Shown: positions 9,173 to 20,611, counted from the stretch's first letter. The stretch is 64,000 nucleotides of DNA from Promethearchaeota archaeon (GCA_048938025.1 JBHLMP010000008.1:1-64000), one strand, 5' to 3'. The notes: generated by a model from the letters alone, not told the origin. Numbers and translations are program-made.

Positions 9173-11218
9173 CTATAATATTTTTTTGTGAAGCTTTTTA
9201 ATTGTGACAATAGCGGAATTATACGCTCCTGACAATCCTGATTCTTCAGGAATTTCAGGTGTTAAAAAATTTACATTCAAATTATTTTTAGATGTTGATG
9301 GTGAACCTGAATATATCAATGCCATACCTTTTTTCAGTGACATTAATTCTCCAAGAATATATTTACATTTTCCATACTTATTTGAAACTAATACTTCTTC
9401 GCCTATTTCTAAACCAAGATTTTCAATATCAATTTTGTTTAAAAATATTTTATTAAATACTTCTAAATACTGATAATTTATTTGTCCAAGCTGCGAATGT
9501 ATAAAATATTTATGAGATGGAGAGATTAAGAAAAATTCATTTTCCTTTCGGTTGAAAAATTTATTTTTCCCAAATTGAAAGTAGGAACCAGATGCTTGTA
9601 TTCTCCCCTTTGAGGTTGGAAAAGATAAATCCTTAAAAGGTATATCATTTTGATTAAATAATAGATAATATCCTTGAGTTCTTATGCTTTTTTGTATATT
9701 TGAAGGTAATAATTTTAAACAATTCTGTATTATAGACTTCTCATCCTCTTGAAAAATAGAGTCATTTAACCATCCGAATTTCCAGGCTAAGCGTTGATAG
9801 AACTCGTAATTTGATAAACAATCGGTGTATGGACATGGACCTGCTTCATTGATTGAAAGCCCTGGAATATAATAAGGAGTGATTAGATCATGAGACTCTA
9901 AATCAAATTTTGAAGGGATAACAATATCAGCATATTTTGTGGTTTCATTGAAAAATAAATCTTGTACAACAACAAATAAATCTTTTCTAGATAAAGATTG
10001 CCTTATTTGATTTTGATTAGGAAGTGAACTTGCTGGATTAAAATTATATATAAAAAGCAATTTATATTCTTCTGACATTAATGCTTGACCTAAATTTATC
10101 AAATTTATTCCTGGGATAGATGAATGCTTAGAAGATTGGGCAATATATTTTAGAAGTGGAGGAATAAAACGATTATTAAAATCACTTTGGGAGTAAATCA
10201 GACCAGTACCAGGTTTTCCAAAATTACCAAGGATTATTGGAATTAAAGCAATTATTTGGACTATTCTCCCTCCGTAATAGTCTTTCTGAACGCCAAACCC
10301 AACATTAAAAATTGTATGATGTCTATTTTCGACCAATAATTTTACAAAATTATTAATGGATTGAATTTTATATCCAAGTTGAGATAAAATCCTCCTCTCA
10401 TCTATATTTAAAACTTCTTCTATTAATAAATTGTAATTATCAACTTTTTGTATCAAAAATTCTTTATCATAGTTATATGAGCTGACCAAATATTTAATTA
10501 TAAGTTGAGCTAATAGATGATCAGTGCCAGGATATGTGTGAATGAAGAGATCAGATTTTTGAGCTATCTGAGTAAATCGAGAATCAATAACGACTAATTT
10601 CGCTCCCTTTTTTATAGCTTTTTTGATAAGAAAGTATGCATGTATATTTCTATTAGAAAGATCACTCCCCCAAACCACGATTAATTTGGTTGAAGGATTA
10701 ATTAATTGAAAGGGATTTGTAGTTGAGTAAGTACCAAATAATTTAGTAAGTCCAGCGCAACCTCCTTCATTACAAATTCCTCCATATGTAATCTTGGCCC
10801 CCAATTTTCCAAAAAATCTTAATGGAGCATATCTTGATAATAATCCATAATTTCCTGCACTAAATGCAGCAATAATAGAAGTTGATCCATATTTATTTTT
10901 TATATCACATACTTTTTTATTAATTTTGTCTAATGCCTTTTCAAGAATTATTGGTTTAAAATTATTTTCTCCTTTTGGGCCATCACGGATAAATGGTTTT
11001 TTTAACCTTTTTGAATGGTAAATTAATTGTTCCCTATGATTTAATTTAGAGCAGAAAAACCCATTTGTAAAAGGATGAGTTTTTGAAGGTTTAGCATACA
11101 AGAATTTACGTTCAGGAGCAAAATCGTTCCATACACCTTGAAATACACATGATCCATAACAATCCTTTGAGCAGGTTCCAAATCTCTTTTTAATCAAGAG
11201 ATCTTCATGAGAATTCAT
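9173..11218 (-). CDS. molybdopterin-dependent oxidoreductase (DMSO reductase family)
   Basis: CxxDCxxxC...C Fe-S motif, RLKKPFIR, VVWGSD, ETTKYADIVIP, C-terminal molybdopterin-binding domain. Confidence 0.9.
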   Translation of the reverse strand: MNSHEDLLIKKRFGTCSKDCYGSCVFQGVWNDFAPERKFLYAKPSKTHPFTNGFFCSKLNHREQLIYHSKRLKKPFIRDGPKGENNFKPIILEKALDKINKKVCDIKNKYGSTSIIAAFSAGNYGLLSRYAPLRFFGKLGAKITYGGICNEGGCAGLTKLFGTYSTTNPFQLINPSTKLIVVWGSDLSNRNIHAYFLIKKAIKKGAKLVVIDSRFTQIAQKSDLFIHTYPGTDHLLAQLIIKYLVSSYNYDKEFLIQKVDNYNLLIEEVLNIDERRILSQLGYKIQSINNFVKLLVENRHHTIFNVGFGVQKDYYGGRIVQIIALIPIILGNFGKPGTGLIYSQSDFNNRFIPPLLKYIAQSSKHSSIPGINLINLGQALMSEEYKLLFIYNFNPASSLPNQNQIRQSLSRKDLFVVVQDLFFNETTKYADIVIPSKFDLESHDLITPYYIPGLSINEAGPCPYTDCLSNYEFYQRLAWKFGWLNDSIFQEDEKSIIQNCLKLLPSNIQKSIRTQGYYLLFNQNDIPFKDLSFPTSKGRIQASGSYFQFGKNKFFNRKENEFFLISPSHKYFIHSQLGQINYQYLEVFNKIFLNKIDIENLGLEIGEEVLVSNKYGKCKYILGELMSLKKGMALIYSGSPSTSKNNLNVNFLTPEIPEESGLSGAYNSAIVTIKKLHKKIL

Positions 11219-11277
11219 TTAAGGACAATAAAAGTTTTTTTTTAAAAAGTGATACGAGAAGTTAAGTAAGGAAATGA

Positions 11278-11832
11278 TTAAGTCTTTCTATCTATAGCAA
11301 TTTTAGTTTTTTGATTAAGTACAACTTTTTCCTTTAAGAAATTTATAATCTTTTGATTATCCTGAGCTTCTAAAGACCCTCCACAGTTAGGGCATCTAAA
11401 ATTAAGCTCAAAGGCTTCATCAAAATTATATTTAATCTTTTGATCATTACAATTTTTGCAAATGAAAAAATAATTATTTTCTTCAAATTGTAATCTATCT
11501 CTAAGTTTTCTTTCAAGTAGTTTTCTTTTTTCTATTAAAATTTCCTCTAATAAATCAAATTCATGCCACCAATAATAAATAAACCAACCAGTACTTTTAT
11601 CACGAATTCGCCTAAATTGTGTTAATTTTTCAGAATATAATTTATATAATGTTTTACGAACAGTATTGAGTTTTAAAATTTCACTGTCATCAGGTTCAAA
11701 ATCAATATCTTTTCCCTCAATACGATCTTTAATATTTTCTGTTATATCTTCATCAGTTATGTCTTGAGATTCAGAATTCAGAAGCTCGAGACCAACTTCA
11801 ATGGCGATATCTCCTCCAATAATATATAACAA
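11278..11832 (-). CDS. tfe: transcription factor E alpha
   Basis: LNTVRKTLYKLY, TGWFIYYW, FFICKNC...FRCPNCG. Confidence 0.93.
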   Translation of the reverse strand: MLYIIGGDIAIEVGLELLNSESQDITDEDITENIKDRIEGKDIDFEPDDSEILKLNTVRKTLYKLYSEKLTQFRRIRDKSTGWFIYYWWHEFDLLEEILIEKRKLLERKLRDRLQFEENNYFFICKNCNDQKIKYNFDEAFELNFRCPNCGGSLEAQDNQKIINFLKEKVVLNQKTKIAIDRKT

Positions 11833-11953
11833 AGAACGTAAAAAAGGATTTAAATTCTTAATTAAGGTATACCCCTTCTTAATTTAGTCGTATTTTGATA
11901 TATTTAAATATTTTATGAAAATTAAATTTTTTTAAAACATAAAAATAAAATGA

Positions 11954-12736
11954 TTAAACAATTATATTATATTGCTTTTCTATAATCTCACCATCTACTT
12001 CAATAGATCGTAGTAATTTACCTTTTCTTATCGCCATGATCCGCAATAAACGCGAATCTTTAACATTTTTTGGAACATCAATATCTGTTATCTTGTAATT
12101 ATTAAATATAGTAATAGATTTCCAAGTATCGGGAAGTTCTGATTTGAAATCAGGCACAGAAAGTTGTAATGTTGTATCTAAATTTTTTTCTGTATTACTA
12201 ATATATCCTGTACAGAATTGAATTCTGGCGTTTACATCATCATCTTCAAATTTTTTCTTAGATGGTTGTGGTATATTTTTTTTTGTTGTTACTTTGCAAT
12301 TTGGATTTAAATTTAAAGATAATAAAAAATAACCATCTTCTCGAAATGCTTGAATACTTTCGAGTAACTTGTCTTTGAAAGTCTTATCTAAAATATTGAC
12401 TTTATAATTTTTAGTTTGACTGGTAGATTTTTTCAAATTCCAATTATATCCTAAATTAGAAATGATTTCACTGAGATCAACACCTGAAATTAATGTACCT
12501 TTTATTTCAAAAATTTCATTTGGATTTGATATAGATTTTGTGACAATTTCAAGAATTAAATCTTCATACTCATGACTTCCTTTTAACGTAATTTTTGCTT
12601 TTGTTTTAGAAATCTTCATCGCAGGACCTATAAAATCACCTTTAGAATACCTATAAAAATGACGATGTATACTCTTATGGCTATTTGCTGGATCCTCTAA
12701 AATTGGAGACTCGATTACTTTTTGTAAGAAATGCAT
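11954..12736 (-). CDS. hypothetical protein
   Basis: 260-aa open frame, no recognised motif. Confidence 0.7.
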   Translation of the reverse strand: MHFLQKVIESPILEDPANSHKSIHRHFYRYSKGDFIGPAMKISKTKAKITLKGSHEYEDLILEIVTKSISNPNEIFEIKGTLISGVDLSEIISNLGYNWNLKKSTSQTKNYKVNILDKTFKDKLLESIQAFREDGYFLLSLNLNPNCKVTTKKNIPQPSKKKFEDDDVNARIQFCTGYISNTEKNLDTTLQLSVPDFKSELPDTWKSITIFNNYKITDIDVPKNVKDSRLLRIMAIRKGKLLRSIEVDGEIIEKQYNIIV

Positions 12737-12890
12737 TGTTTATTCAGTATTTATTTTTTCTTAAATTATAAAGTAAAAAATATTTTAATATTTATCAAGA
12801 GATCATAATTTTAAATATTATTCATTGATAAACTTAAAAAAATAAATCATATTTTTAAATACTAACTACAAAACTTCAAATCTATAAGAT

Positions 12891-13091
12891 ATGCCAGCAA
12901 TCCCTTCACTAGCATTATGGGTCCTAGCTTGGATTTTTCTTTTCATCGGATTAGCAGCATTAACAGTTTTAGTTATATATACAAAATATGGTAGAGAAAT
13001 ATCAATTCGATTATCAATAATAAGTATTGTATTTGCTGCAGTATTTTTAGGATTCTCTCTTCATTTCTTTTTATTAAATTGGGGAATTTAA
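12891..13091 (+). CDS. small membrane protein (2 TM)
   Basis: 66 aa, two hydrophobic helices, ATG start. Confidence 0.6.
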   Translation: MPAIPSLALWVLAWIFLFIGLAALTVLVIYTKYGREISIRLSIISIVFAAVFLGFSLHFFLLNWGI

Positions 13092-13271
13092 CGAATTTAA
13101 ATACATATATAAATATAGACTATTTCTTATACAAATGTTTTAGTTGTCAGATATGTATACTTTTTTGAGATACTTTTATTTATAATTTTTCTGGTCAATA
13201 TTTAAAAAAGAAGAAATCTAATCTTTATTACAATAATTAAAACTTTTAAAAAAAAAAAACGGAGAATTTGT

Positions 13272-13727
13272 ATGCTATTTAATGGCAATGCAGAACCTGT
13301 GATTTTTATAATATGGTTAATATTAGCTACAATTGTAGTATTTTTGATAATATATATCGTAGTAGTTCTTTTGGAATCCAAAACTAAAGCTTCAGATAAA
13401 TGGGTCATGATTCTAATTTTAGCTTTTCTGATAGTTTTAGTTCTACCGATTGTTTTAAACGCGGTTACTGGAGTCTTAGACGCAATTGGAAGGGCATTGG
13501 AAGATGCTAGAGATTCAATTGATCCTTATGATAAAGCACACAATTATCTAATTTTATTAGCCCCTGTAATTGGATTTCTTATACTTTTAGTACTAGTTAA
13601 ATTCTTAATTGATATACCATGGGATAACGCAGTATGGGTGTCTTTATTGATATTATTCGTTTTGTACATCCTATTTACACTAATACCAGAATTGTATACT
13701 TTTATCTACGAGTATGTACCTGAATAA
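13272..13727 (+). CDS. hypothetical membrane protein (4 TM)
   Basis: Four hydrophobic helices. Confidence 0.7.
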   Translation: MLFNGNAEPVIFIIWLILATIVVFLIIYIVVVLLESKTKASDKWVMILILAFLIVLVLPIVLNAVTGVLDAIGRALEDARDSIDPYDKAHNYLILLAPVIGFLILLVLVKFLIDIPWDNAVWVSLLILFVLYILFTLIPELYTFIYEYVPE

Positions 13728-13812
13728 AATTTAATTTGCTTTAAAATAAATGGTTTTTTTTTATATTTACTTTTATTAAAAAATGATTAAAAACAGGTTG
13801 TGTTTTTTCTTT

Positions 13813-16800
13813 CTATATCTTCTCTTTCAATTTAAGCCTTGGAGCTAATCCTAAAGACATCATTTCTTGTAATAGCAACTTGAATGCATAAGAACAAACA
13901 ACTTTAGAAATTACAGTACCTTCTCCACATACTGGACAATATCTTTTATCACGATTACGATCATATACAGCTAAAAGTCCACATTTTTCACAAACTAAAA
14001 TAACAGTTCTATCAGATTCATCTAATAACCGTTCTTTCAATAACAATGCTGATCCATGACCAACTAGACAATCACGCTCCATTTCACCGAATCTCAATCC
14101 ACCTTCTCTAGCTCGACCTTCTGTTGGTTGTCTTGTTAATATTTGTACTGGACCACGTGCTCTAGCATGAAGTTTATCTGCAACCAAGTGATAGAGCTTT
14201 TGATAATAAATAGGAGCACAGTATATTCCGGCTTCATATTTTTCTCCTGTAATTCCATTATACATTACTTCTCTTCCATTAAATTCGAAACCCGCATCAA
14301 CTAATTGTTCTTGAAGTCTAGTGATATCTGTCCATTCGAATGCCGTGGCATCGCCTAATTTTCCATTACTACATGCTATTTTTCCACTAATGCCTTCAAA
14401 AAGTTGTCCTAAAGTCATTCTTGATGGCATGGCATGGGGATTAACAATAATATCAGGAATTACGCCCGATGAGGTAAATGGCATATCACATTCGGGTTGA
14501 ACAAGACCTAAAACACCTTTTTGCCCATGTCTAGAAGAAAATTTATCTCCTAATTCAGGTATTCTTAAATCTCTTACTTTAATCTTAACTAATTTATTTC
14601 CATCCACAGTTTCAGATATAATAACCGTATCAACTATTCCCTTCTCATTGTGGCGCATATTTTTGGAAGTTTCTCTTCTATTTGGTTGCATTAATTCAAA
14701 TTCTTCATAGGATTTTATGAATCTAGGTGGAGAAGTACGACCAATAAGCACGTCTCCTCCATTTACTTGAGTTTCTGGCTCTATTATCCCATCAACCTCA
14801 GATAGTAATCGATATGATTCTGCAGACTTGAATCCTCTAACCCCTCTTTCTGGAATTTCAAATTTATCTACTTCTCCTCCTGGATACTTTCTTTCCTCTG
14901 CATCATAAGTTCTAAAGAAATGACTACGAGCAAGTCCACGTTCAATTGATGCTTTATTGATTATTATCGCATCTTCTATATTAAATCCTTCAAAACTCAT
15001 CATTGCAATAATAAAATTTTGACCTGCTGGACGTTTATTAATCCCAATTATCTCCATTGGACTCGTTTTCACTAGTGGTTGTTGAGGATAATGTAATGTA
15101 TGACCTCTTGTATCAAGTCGTAAATGCATATTTGCAGCAAATAAGCCTAAAGCTTGTTTAACCATCCCTGCCTCATAAGTATTTCTTGGAGATTGGTTAT
15201 GCTCTGGAAAAGGAATGATAGACGCACAAATTCCCAAAATAGCAGCCGGAGAAATCTCTAAATGCGTATGTTCTGGTGTAATATCTTCTTCAAACATAGC
15301 AATATAAGCATTTTCTTCCTCTTCAGCATCTAAGTATTCAATCACACCTTTTTGAATTAAATCTGACCAAATATATTTTTTCTGTACAAGTTTTTCTATA
15401 TCTTCTTTAGTTATGAGTAGTTTGCTATTTTTTAGAACAAAAAGAGGTCTAGTTGCTCTACCAGCATCACAATTAATTTGGATTTCTTTTGAATCATGGT
15501 AATAACCAATATTTACGTGTTGCCCAATTTCACCTTTCCTTCGTTTTTCTCTAATTTGGTGAATAAAAGGATTATATTGTTGATGAATACCTACTAATTT
15601 TCCATCTAAAAAAACCTTTACCTTATCGCCTCTAATATTTTTAACCTCATTTATAGGTATTACACCTAAATCGATTAGGATATTTTCAATGATATTTTCA
15701 TCTGCACCTACAGAAATTATTGATGCTAAACCAAGATTTTTAACTAAACCACAATTAGGGCCCTCGGGAGTTTCAGCGGGACAAATTTTTCCCCATTGAG
15801 TAGGATGTAAATCTCTGGCTTCAAAATGAGGTTGACTTCGACTTAAAGGGGATATAACTCTTCTTAAATGACTTAAGGTTCCAACATGATTAGTTCTATT
15901 TAATAGCTGGCTTACTCCTGCTTTACCCCCTACCCAATTACCAGTAGCTAGAGCATGTCTAATCCTTTCTGTAATTACATCTGCTCTTACTGCTGTTTTG
16001 ATGTTAGGGGCTCTTCCTCGAACTGCAGTTCTTTCTAACTGGTATTTAATATCTTTTACAAGATTCAAGAATGCTACCCTAAATAATGATGTGAATAACT
16101 CTCCCGCTAATTTTAATCTTTTATTTGCATAATGATCTTTATCATCTGGTTCTCTAAAGCCTAAAGCAAGCTCCATTACTTTTTGCGCCATTTGTCCTAA
16201 ATAGTATGCTTTTTTAATTCTATCTTCTTCAGAATTTCCAATATGAGGTAAGAGATATCTGTCTAAAACCTGAAGTGCTCTTCTAATACGATAATCCTTC
16301 GTTTGTCCAATTGCAACCCTTTTCCCTATATAATCAAGAGCATTTTGTTGTGATTTCTCAGGGTCTTTTAATACTTGAATTTCAGTTGCAACATCTATTA
16401 CTGGAATCAATTCTTTTTGAATTTCATCATTCTCTGATATTGCTTCAAATATTTCTCTATCTGAATGCAACCCTAAAGCTCGCATAAGAATCGCTAAGGG
16501 AATTTTACCCGGAACGGATGGGAAAGATACTCTTAAATTTCCATCCTTTTTTCGTTCAATAGTAACAGGAGCTCTAAATCCACTTCTAGTCGAAAATACT
16601 TTTGCTTGATGAGTTGCGCTGGAACTTCTACTTGCTTCTTCTGCTAAAATTCTATTAGGTGCTAAGTCTTCTTGAGTCACGAGGACACGTTCTGTTCCAT
16701 TTATAATGAAGTAACCTCCTGGATCTAATGGATCTTCACCCCGATTAATTAATTCTTGTTCAGATAAGCTCTCTAGAGGGCATCGACAACTTTTTAACAT

Positions 16801-17184
16801 GATTGGAATTTTTCCAATATATATATCAAGTGTTTCTTCAGCTTCTTCTCTCTGTGTTCGCTCATCTATAGTAATCGGAGTCATTTCCAAAGTAATATCG
16901 GCAGCATAACTTAACTCCCTAATCCGTGCTTCTATTGGAGTAATCTCCATTGTAGCACCATCTGCTTCGCGTACTTTAGGCACTCCAACCTTGATTTTTC
17001 CAAACTTTATCTTAAAACCAGGTATATCAGGAATTACTTCACCAGACTCATCGACAATAGTTTGCATTTCATATTCAATAAAGCTGTTGTACGAATCAAG
17101 ATGTTGCCGAACAAGCCCTTTTTCATCAAAAAGACTTTTTAAAATAACCCATTTATCTTCATTCGTTAATTTTTCAGTACTCAA
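13813..17184 (-). CDS. rpoB: DNA-directed RNA polymerase subunit B (Rpo2, unsplit)
   Basis: GGYFIING, ETPEGPNCGL, GDKFSSRHGQKG, GGLRFGEMERD, C-terminal Zn site. Confidence 0.99.
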   Translation of the reverse strand: MSTEKLTNEDKWVILKSLFDEKGLVRQHLDSYNSFIEYEMQTIVDESGEVIPDIPGFKIKFGKIKVGVPKVREADGATMEITPIEARIRELSYAADITLEMTPITIDERTQREEAEETLDIYIGKIPIMLKSCRCPLESLSEQELINRGEDPLDPGGYFIINGTERVLVTQEDLAPNRILAEEASRSSSATHQAKVFSTRSGFRAPVTIERKKDGNLRVSFPSVPGKIPLAILMRALGLHSDREIFEAISENDEIQKELIPVIDVATEIQVLKDPEKSQQNALDYIGKRVAIGQTKDYRIRRALQVLDRYLLPHIGNSEEDRIKKAYYLGQMAQKVMELALGFREPDDKDHYANKRLKLAGELFTSLFRVAFLNLVKDIKYQLERTAVRGRAPNIKTAVRADVITERIRHALATGNWVGGKAGVSQLLNRTNHVGTLSHLRRVISPLSRSQPHFEARDLHPTQWGKICPAETPEGPNCGLVKNLGLASIISVGADENIIENILIDLGVIPINEVKNIRGDKVKVFLDGKLVGIHQQYNPFIHQIREKRRKGEIGQHVNIGYYHDSKEIQINCDAGRATRPLFVLKNSKLLITKEDIEKLVQKKYIWSDLIQKGVIEYLDAEEEENAYIAMFEEDITPEHTHLEISPAAILGICASIIPFPEHNQSPRNTYEAGMVKQALGLFAANMHLRLDTRGHTLHYPQQPLVKTSPMEIIGINKRPAGQNFIIAMMSFEGFNIEDAIIINKASIERGLARSHFFRTYDAEERKYPGGEVDKFEIPERGVRGFKSAESYRLLSEVDGIIEPETQVNGGDVLIGRTSPPRFIKSYEEFELMQPNRRETSKNMRHNEKGIVDTVIISETVDGNKLVKIKVRDLRIPELGDKFSSRHGQKGVLGLVQPECDMPFTSSGVIPDIIVNPHAMPSRMTLGQLFEGISGKIACSNGKLGDATAFEWTDITRLQEQLVDAGFEFNGREVMYNGITGEKYEAGIYCAPIYYQKLYHLVADKLHARARGPVQILTRQPTEGRAREGGLRFGEMERDCLVGHGSALLLKERLLDESDRTVILVCEKCGLLAVYDRNRDKRYCPVCGEGTVISKVVCSYAFKLLLQEMMSLGLAPRLKLKEKI

Positions 17185-17230
17185 TATTCATTAAACCGCG
17201 TTAATTGTTATTTTTATAAAAGAAAATTTT

Positions 17231-17485
17231 TTAGACTTTTTCCTTTTTCACATATCGATAATAATCAACAGATTTTACCGTAGTATTTGATTTTCTAACT
17301 ATTTTTACTATGTCTCCTTCTTTTGCCCCTATTGCAATAGCAACTGGATCTTTTTCAAACATCTGAGGCAGATCATTTACATCTATTTGGTATTTTTGTA
17401 AAAGCTTCTGAGATTCTTCTTTAGTTAGGAGGACATGTTGAGGCACAAATTTATGAAGTAAAACATCTATCCGCTTTTTAGTCAA
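17231..17485 (-). CDS. rpoH: RNA polymerase subunit H (Rpo5)
   Basis: HKFVPQH, LPQM..KDPVA, GDIVKIVRKS, YYRYV; directly upstream of rpoB. Confidence 0.96.
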   Translation of the reverse strand: MTKKRIDVLLHKFVPQHVLLTKEESQKLLQKYQIDVNDLPQMFEKDPVAIAIGAKEGDIVKIVRKSNTTVKSVDYYRYVKKEKV

Positions 17486-17602
17486 GGAAAAATCCTCTTT
17501 ACTTACAAATAATAAATAAAAAAATCATGCTTTTCTAAAAAAATTTTCCATTTTTTCGTTGTTTCTTCAAGAACTTTTAATGATAACTAATAAAAATAAT
17601 TC

Positions 17603-18229
17603 TTAAAAACAATTAAAAACCCAATACCCACTTCTTTTGCATAAAATATCGATTTTCTTATCCGGATAAGAGTCCTTAAGAAACTTGAACATATATAGAG
17701 CACCCATCTTTTTTTTCATTACAAACTGGAAAAATCCATTTGGTTTTAAATAATCTGGAATTTCACATATTAGCTTAATAAATGCTTTTCTCCCTTCTCG
17801 CAAGGGGGGATTCATATAAATTCCATTAAATTTTAAATCCTTATTTTCTAATGGTTCAAAATAATTCCCTGATAATACTTTTACACGTTTCTTACTGTCT
17901 GGTAAATTAACTTTTAAATTTTCGTTAGCACACCAAATAGCATTTTTATTAATATCAATTAAATACACTACACTATTAGGTGATTCATATGCTAATACAA
18001 TTCCTATAGGTCCATATCCGCATCCTAAATCTAGTAGATCACTTGGTTCCTTAGGAATAATCATATGTTCAATTAAAATTTTTGTTCCTAAATCTATCTT
18101 TTTAAAAGAAAAAACTCCGGTTAAAGTTTTAAATATATAAAGATGTCTTCTTAAACTTTCTGAAATAGTATATACCTTTAATTTAACATCTGGAAAATGA
18201 GTGGAATAATGTTGATTTTTTCTTTCCAT
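17603..18229 (-). CDS. class I SAM-dependent methyltransferase (RsmC/MTS-like)
   Basis: GVFS..IDLGT, LDLGCGYGPIG, NPP motif. Confidence 0.9.
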   Translation of the reverse strand: MERKNQHYSTHFPDVKLKVYTISESLRRHLYIFKTLTGVFSFKKIDLGTKILIEHMIIPKEPSDLLDLGCGYGPIGIVLAYESPNSVVYLIDINKNAIWCANENLKVNLPDSKKRVKVLSGNYFEPLENKDLKFNGIYMNPPLREGRKAFIKLICEIPDYLKPNGFFQFVMKKKMGALYMFKFLKDSYPDKKIDILCKRSGYWVFNCF

Positions 18230-18258
18230 GATAAAAGAAATTCTTCTTATTTCTTTTT

Positions 18259-19263
18259 CTATTTTATTTCATTCCAACGAGGGTAAATACTACGCTCCAT
18301 GAAAATCTTATTTGTTTTTACCATAATACCTGATTTTGCTTTATAAATCTCCATTGAATTTTTCTCTGCAATTCCAAATCCTATTAATTCTCTTTTAAGA
18401 GTCATATATGCTACCTGCATATCTTTTTTAATTCTTGCATCAATGAAACAAATTCCAGCGGCCGCTAAATCTGCACCATGGCATAACGCATCAACAGCAG
18501 AGTCTCTAACATAAATTTTTGGTATATGAGAAACCATCCTTTCCATTGGAAATATTATCTTTCTTAAATAATATTCTTCTCCTTCTTCTTGATATATTGT
18601 AAATGCATCTTTCAGATTTTGGAGAGTAATTAAATTATTATCTTCAATAAAATTACCTACTCTAGTTCTTCTTAGTTCGAGCATGTGAGCACCAGAACAC
18701 AGAACTTCACCTATATCAAAACACAATTTTCTAATATAAGTTCCAGCTTCGCACCCCACTCGGAATAAAACATGACTTTTACTTACTTCAAGTGCTTTAA
18801 TATAATATATTTCTCTTACTCGTAATTTTCTTATAACAGAAGATTTAATTGGTGGTCTTTGATAAATCTTTCCGGTAAATAATTTGAAAACTTTTTCAAT
18901 CTTTTTTATTTTTTCATGAGTGTGTAAAAACATAATTCCTATATATTCTTTACCAGCACTTAAAAGAGCAGATAATACACGTGTAGCTCTTCCCAAAGCA
19001 CATGGTAAAACCCCAGTTACTTTAGGATCTAATGTTCCCCCATGACCCGCACTTGATATTCCTAAAATTTTGCGAACCCATGACACAACTTCATGACTAG
19101 TGGGACCACTTGGCTTGTCCAAATTTATAACTCCATATTGTAAAAGAGTTACTATGTCTCTTTTATCTGGTTCACAGCCATAACTAGGGTTAGTACTATC
19201 TTGGGATTTCACCAAAAGTTGTTCAGGCTCATCAGAGGGCAATCTAAATTGTATGGTTTCCAT
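18259..19263 (-). CDS. cbf5: H/ACA RNA-guided pseudouridine synthase Cbf5
   Basis: LDKPSGPTSHEV, GHGGTLDPKVTG, GTYIRKLC, PUA domain. Confidence 0.97.
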   Translation of the reverse strand: METIQFRLPSDEPEQLLVKSQDSTNPSYGCEPDKRDIVTLLQYGVINLDKPSGPTSHEVVSWVRKILGISSAGHGGTLDPKVTGVLPCALGRATRVLSALLSAGKEYIGIMFLHTHEKIKKIEKVFKLFTGKIYQRPPIKSSVIRKLRVREIYYIKALEVSKSHVLFRVGCEAGTYIRKLCFDIGEVLCSGAHMLELRRTRVGNFIEDNNLITLQNLKDAFTIYQEEGEEYYLRKIIFPMERMVSHIPKIYVRDSAVDALCHGADLAAAGICFIDARIKKDMQVAYMTLKRELIGFGIAEKNSMEIYKAKSGIMVKTNKIFMERSIYPRWNEIK

Positions 19264-19370
19264 ATTATCAATTTAGTTAAATTCTATTGTAATTTATAAA
19301 TCTTTTTATATTTAATTATGCCTGACAATTTCAAGGTTTTAGTTTATCAAAGTTTGCATATAAAAATAAA

Positions 19371-19444
19371 CGGGCTATAGGGGAATTGAACCCCTGACCG
19401 TCAGGTTAAAAGCCTGCTGCGCTACCTGCCTGCGCCAATAGCCC
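19371..19444 (-). tRNA. tRNA-Lys(UUU)
   Basis: Reverse complement folds as a cloverleaf: GGGCTAT/ATAGCCC acceptor, anticodon loop CT-TTT-AA, AGGGG-TTCAATT-CCCCT T-arm; no encoded CCA. Confidence 0.95.
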
Positions 19445-19544
19445 TTAAACATTATTTTATATTATCTTTACAATAGTTAATAGTTGTTTAATGTGATGTT
19501 GCTTAATATGAATAGTTTAAATTTACTATAATATAAGAATTCTT

Positions 19545-20558
19545 CTATTTAAAATGTTCAAATCCAAAGTATTTTAATTCATTTTTTTTTCCTTTAGATA
19601 AAAATAAAATCTTACCTTCTGAAATCACTTTTCCTATTAGATAAATTTGACCATTGCTTTCTTCAATTAATTTCTTGGCAGTATCATAATCTTTTGGGTT
19701 GATCGTAAAAAGATGTATAAATTCCTCACCTGCATTAAAAACTATGTCTTCAAGAGAGATTTTAAATTTATTAGAGTAATTTTTAGCCTCTTCATCAATT
19801 AATTGGTCATTAAATTCAATTTCGAAACCTAAATTTGGATTAGAATACATTAAATCAATTAAGGATTTTGCTAATCCATCAGAAGAATCTATACTTGCGG
19901 TAGCTAAGTTATTTTCAGATAAAATAAAAGATTCATAACCTATATCTTCAGGTTCTAAAATACTATTTATGGATCTCTGGTATAAGGCAAAATTTTTAAT
20001 ATTACCATTTTTAGAGAGTAATATATCAAATCCAACTCCCGTTAGACCAAATTTACGATTTGCAACTAAATAATCCCCAGACTTCATTCCAGTCCTATAT
20101 ATTAATTTAGAAGGATCTTGAATTCCAAATACAGTCGGATTAATAATAATCTCTTTAGTTTCATTAAGATCTCCTCCAATATATTTTAAATTTAGTTTTT
20201 TACAATAATGAATGATACCAGAGATTAAATCTCTAAAATTTTTTAATAGCATATCTTTAGGCAACCCTAAAGAAATAAAAATTCCGAGTGGTTCAACACC
20301 TTTTACTATTAAATCACTAATATTCATGATAACAGCTTTTCGACCGATTTGATAAGATTTCATTTGAGAAGGTACATCAGTTGTCGATACTAGCATATCA
20401 GAATTAAAAATTAATATATTTTTGTCATTATGATCAAGCGAGAAAAAGAATGAATCGTCTCTGATTAAATGACTTCCGGTCTTTTCATAAACAATCTCTT
20501 CAATAATCTTAATCAGTTTAACTTCTCCTAAATTCCCTAACTTAACATTATTTCTCAT
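19545..20558 (-). CDS. thiL: thiamine-monophosphate kinase
   Basis: GEVKLI, DD, SDML, NISDL, GGDL, IDSSDGL, GEEF motifs. Confidence 0.92.
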   Translation of the reverse strand: MRNNVKLGNLGEVKLIKIIEEIVYEKTGSHLIRDDSFFFSLDHNDKNILIFNSDMLVSTTDVPSQMKSYQIGRKAVIMNISDLIVKGVEPLGIFISLGLPKDMLLKNFRDLISGIIHYCKKLNLKYIGGDLNETKEIIINPTVFGIQDPSKLIYRTGMKSGDYLVANRKFGLTGVGFDILLSKNGNIKNFALYQRSINSILEPEDIGYESFILSENNLATASIDSSDGLAKSLIDLMYSNPNLGFEIEFNDQLIDEEAKNYSNKFKISLEDIVFNAGEEFIHLFTINPKDYDTAKKLIEESNGQIYLIGKVISEGKILFLSKGKKNELKYFGFEHFK

Positions 20559-20611
20559 AAGATAAAATTTAAAATTTGTTTCGAATTATTATTTAATGAA
20601 TCATATGAAAA

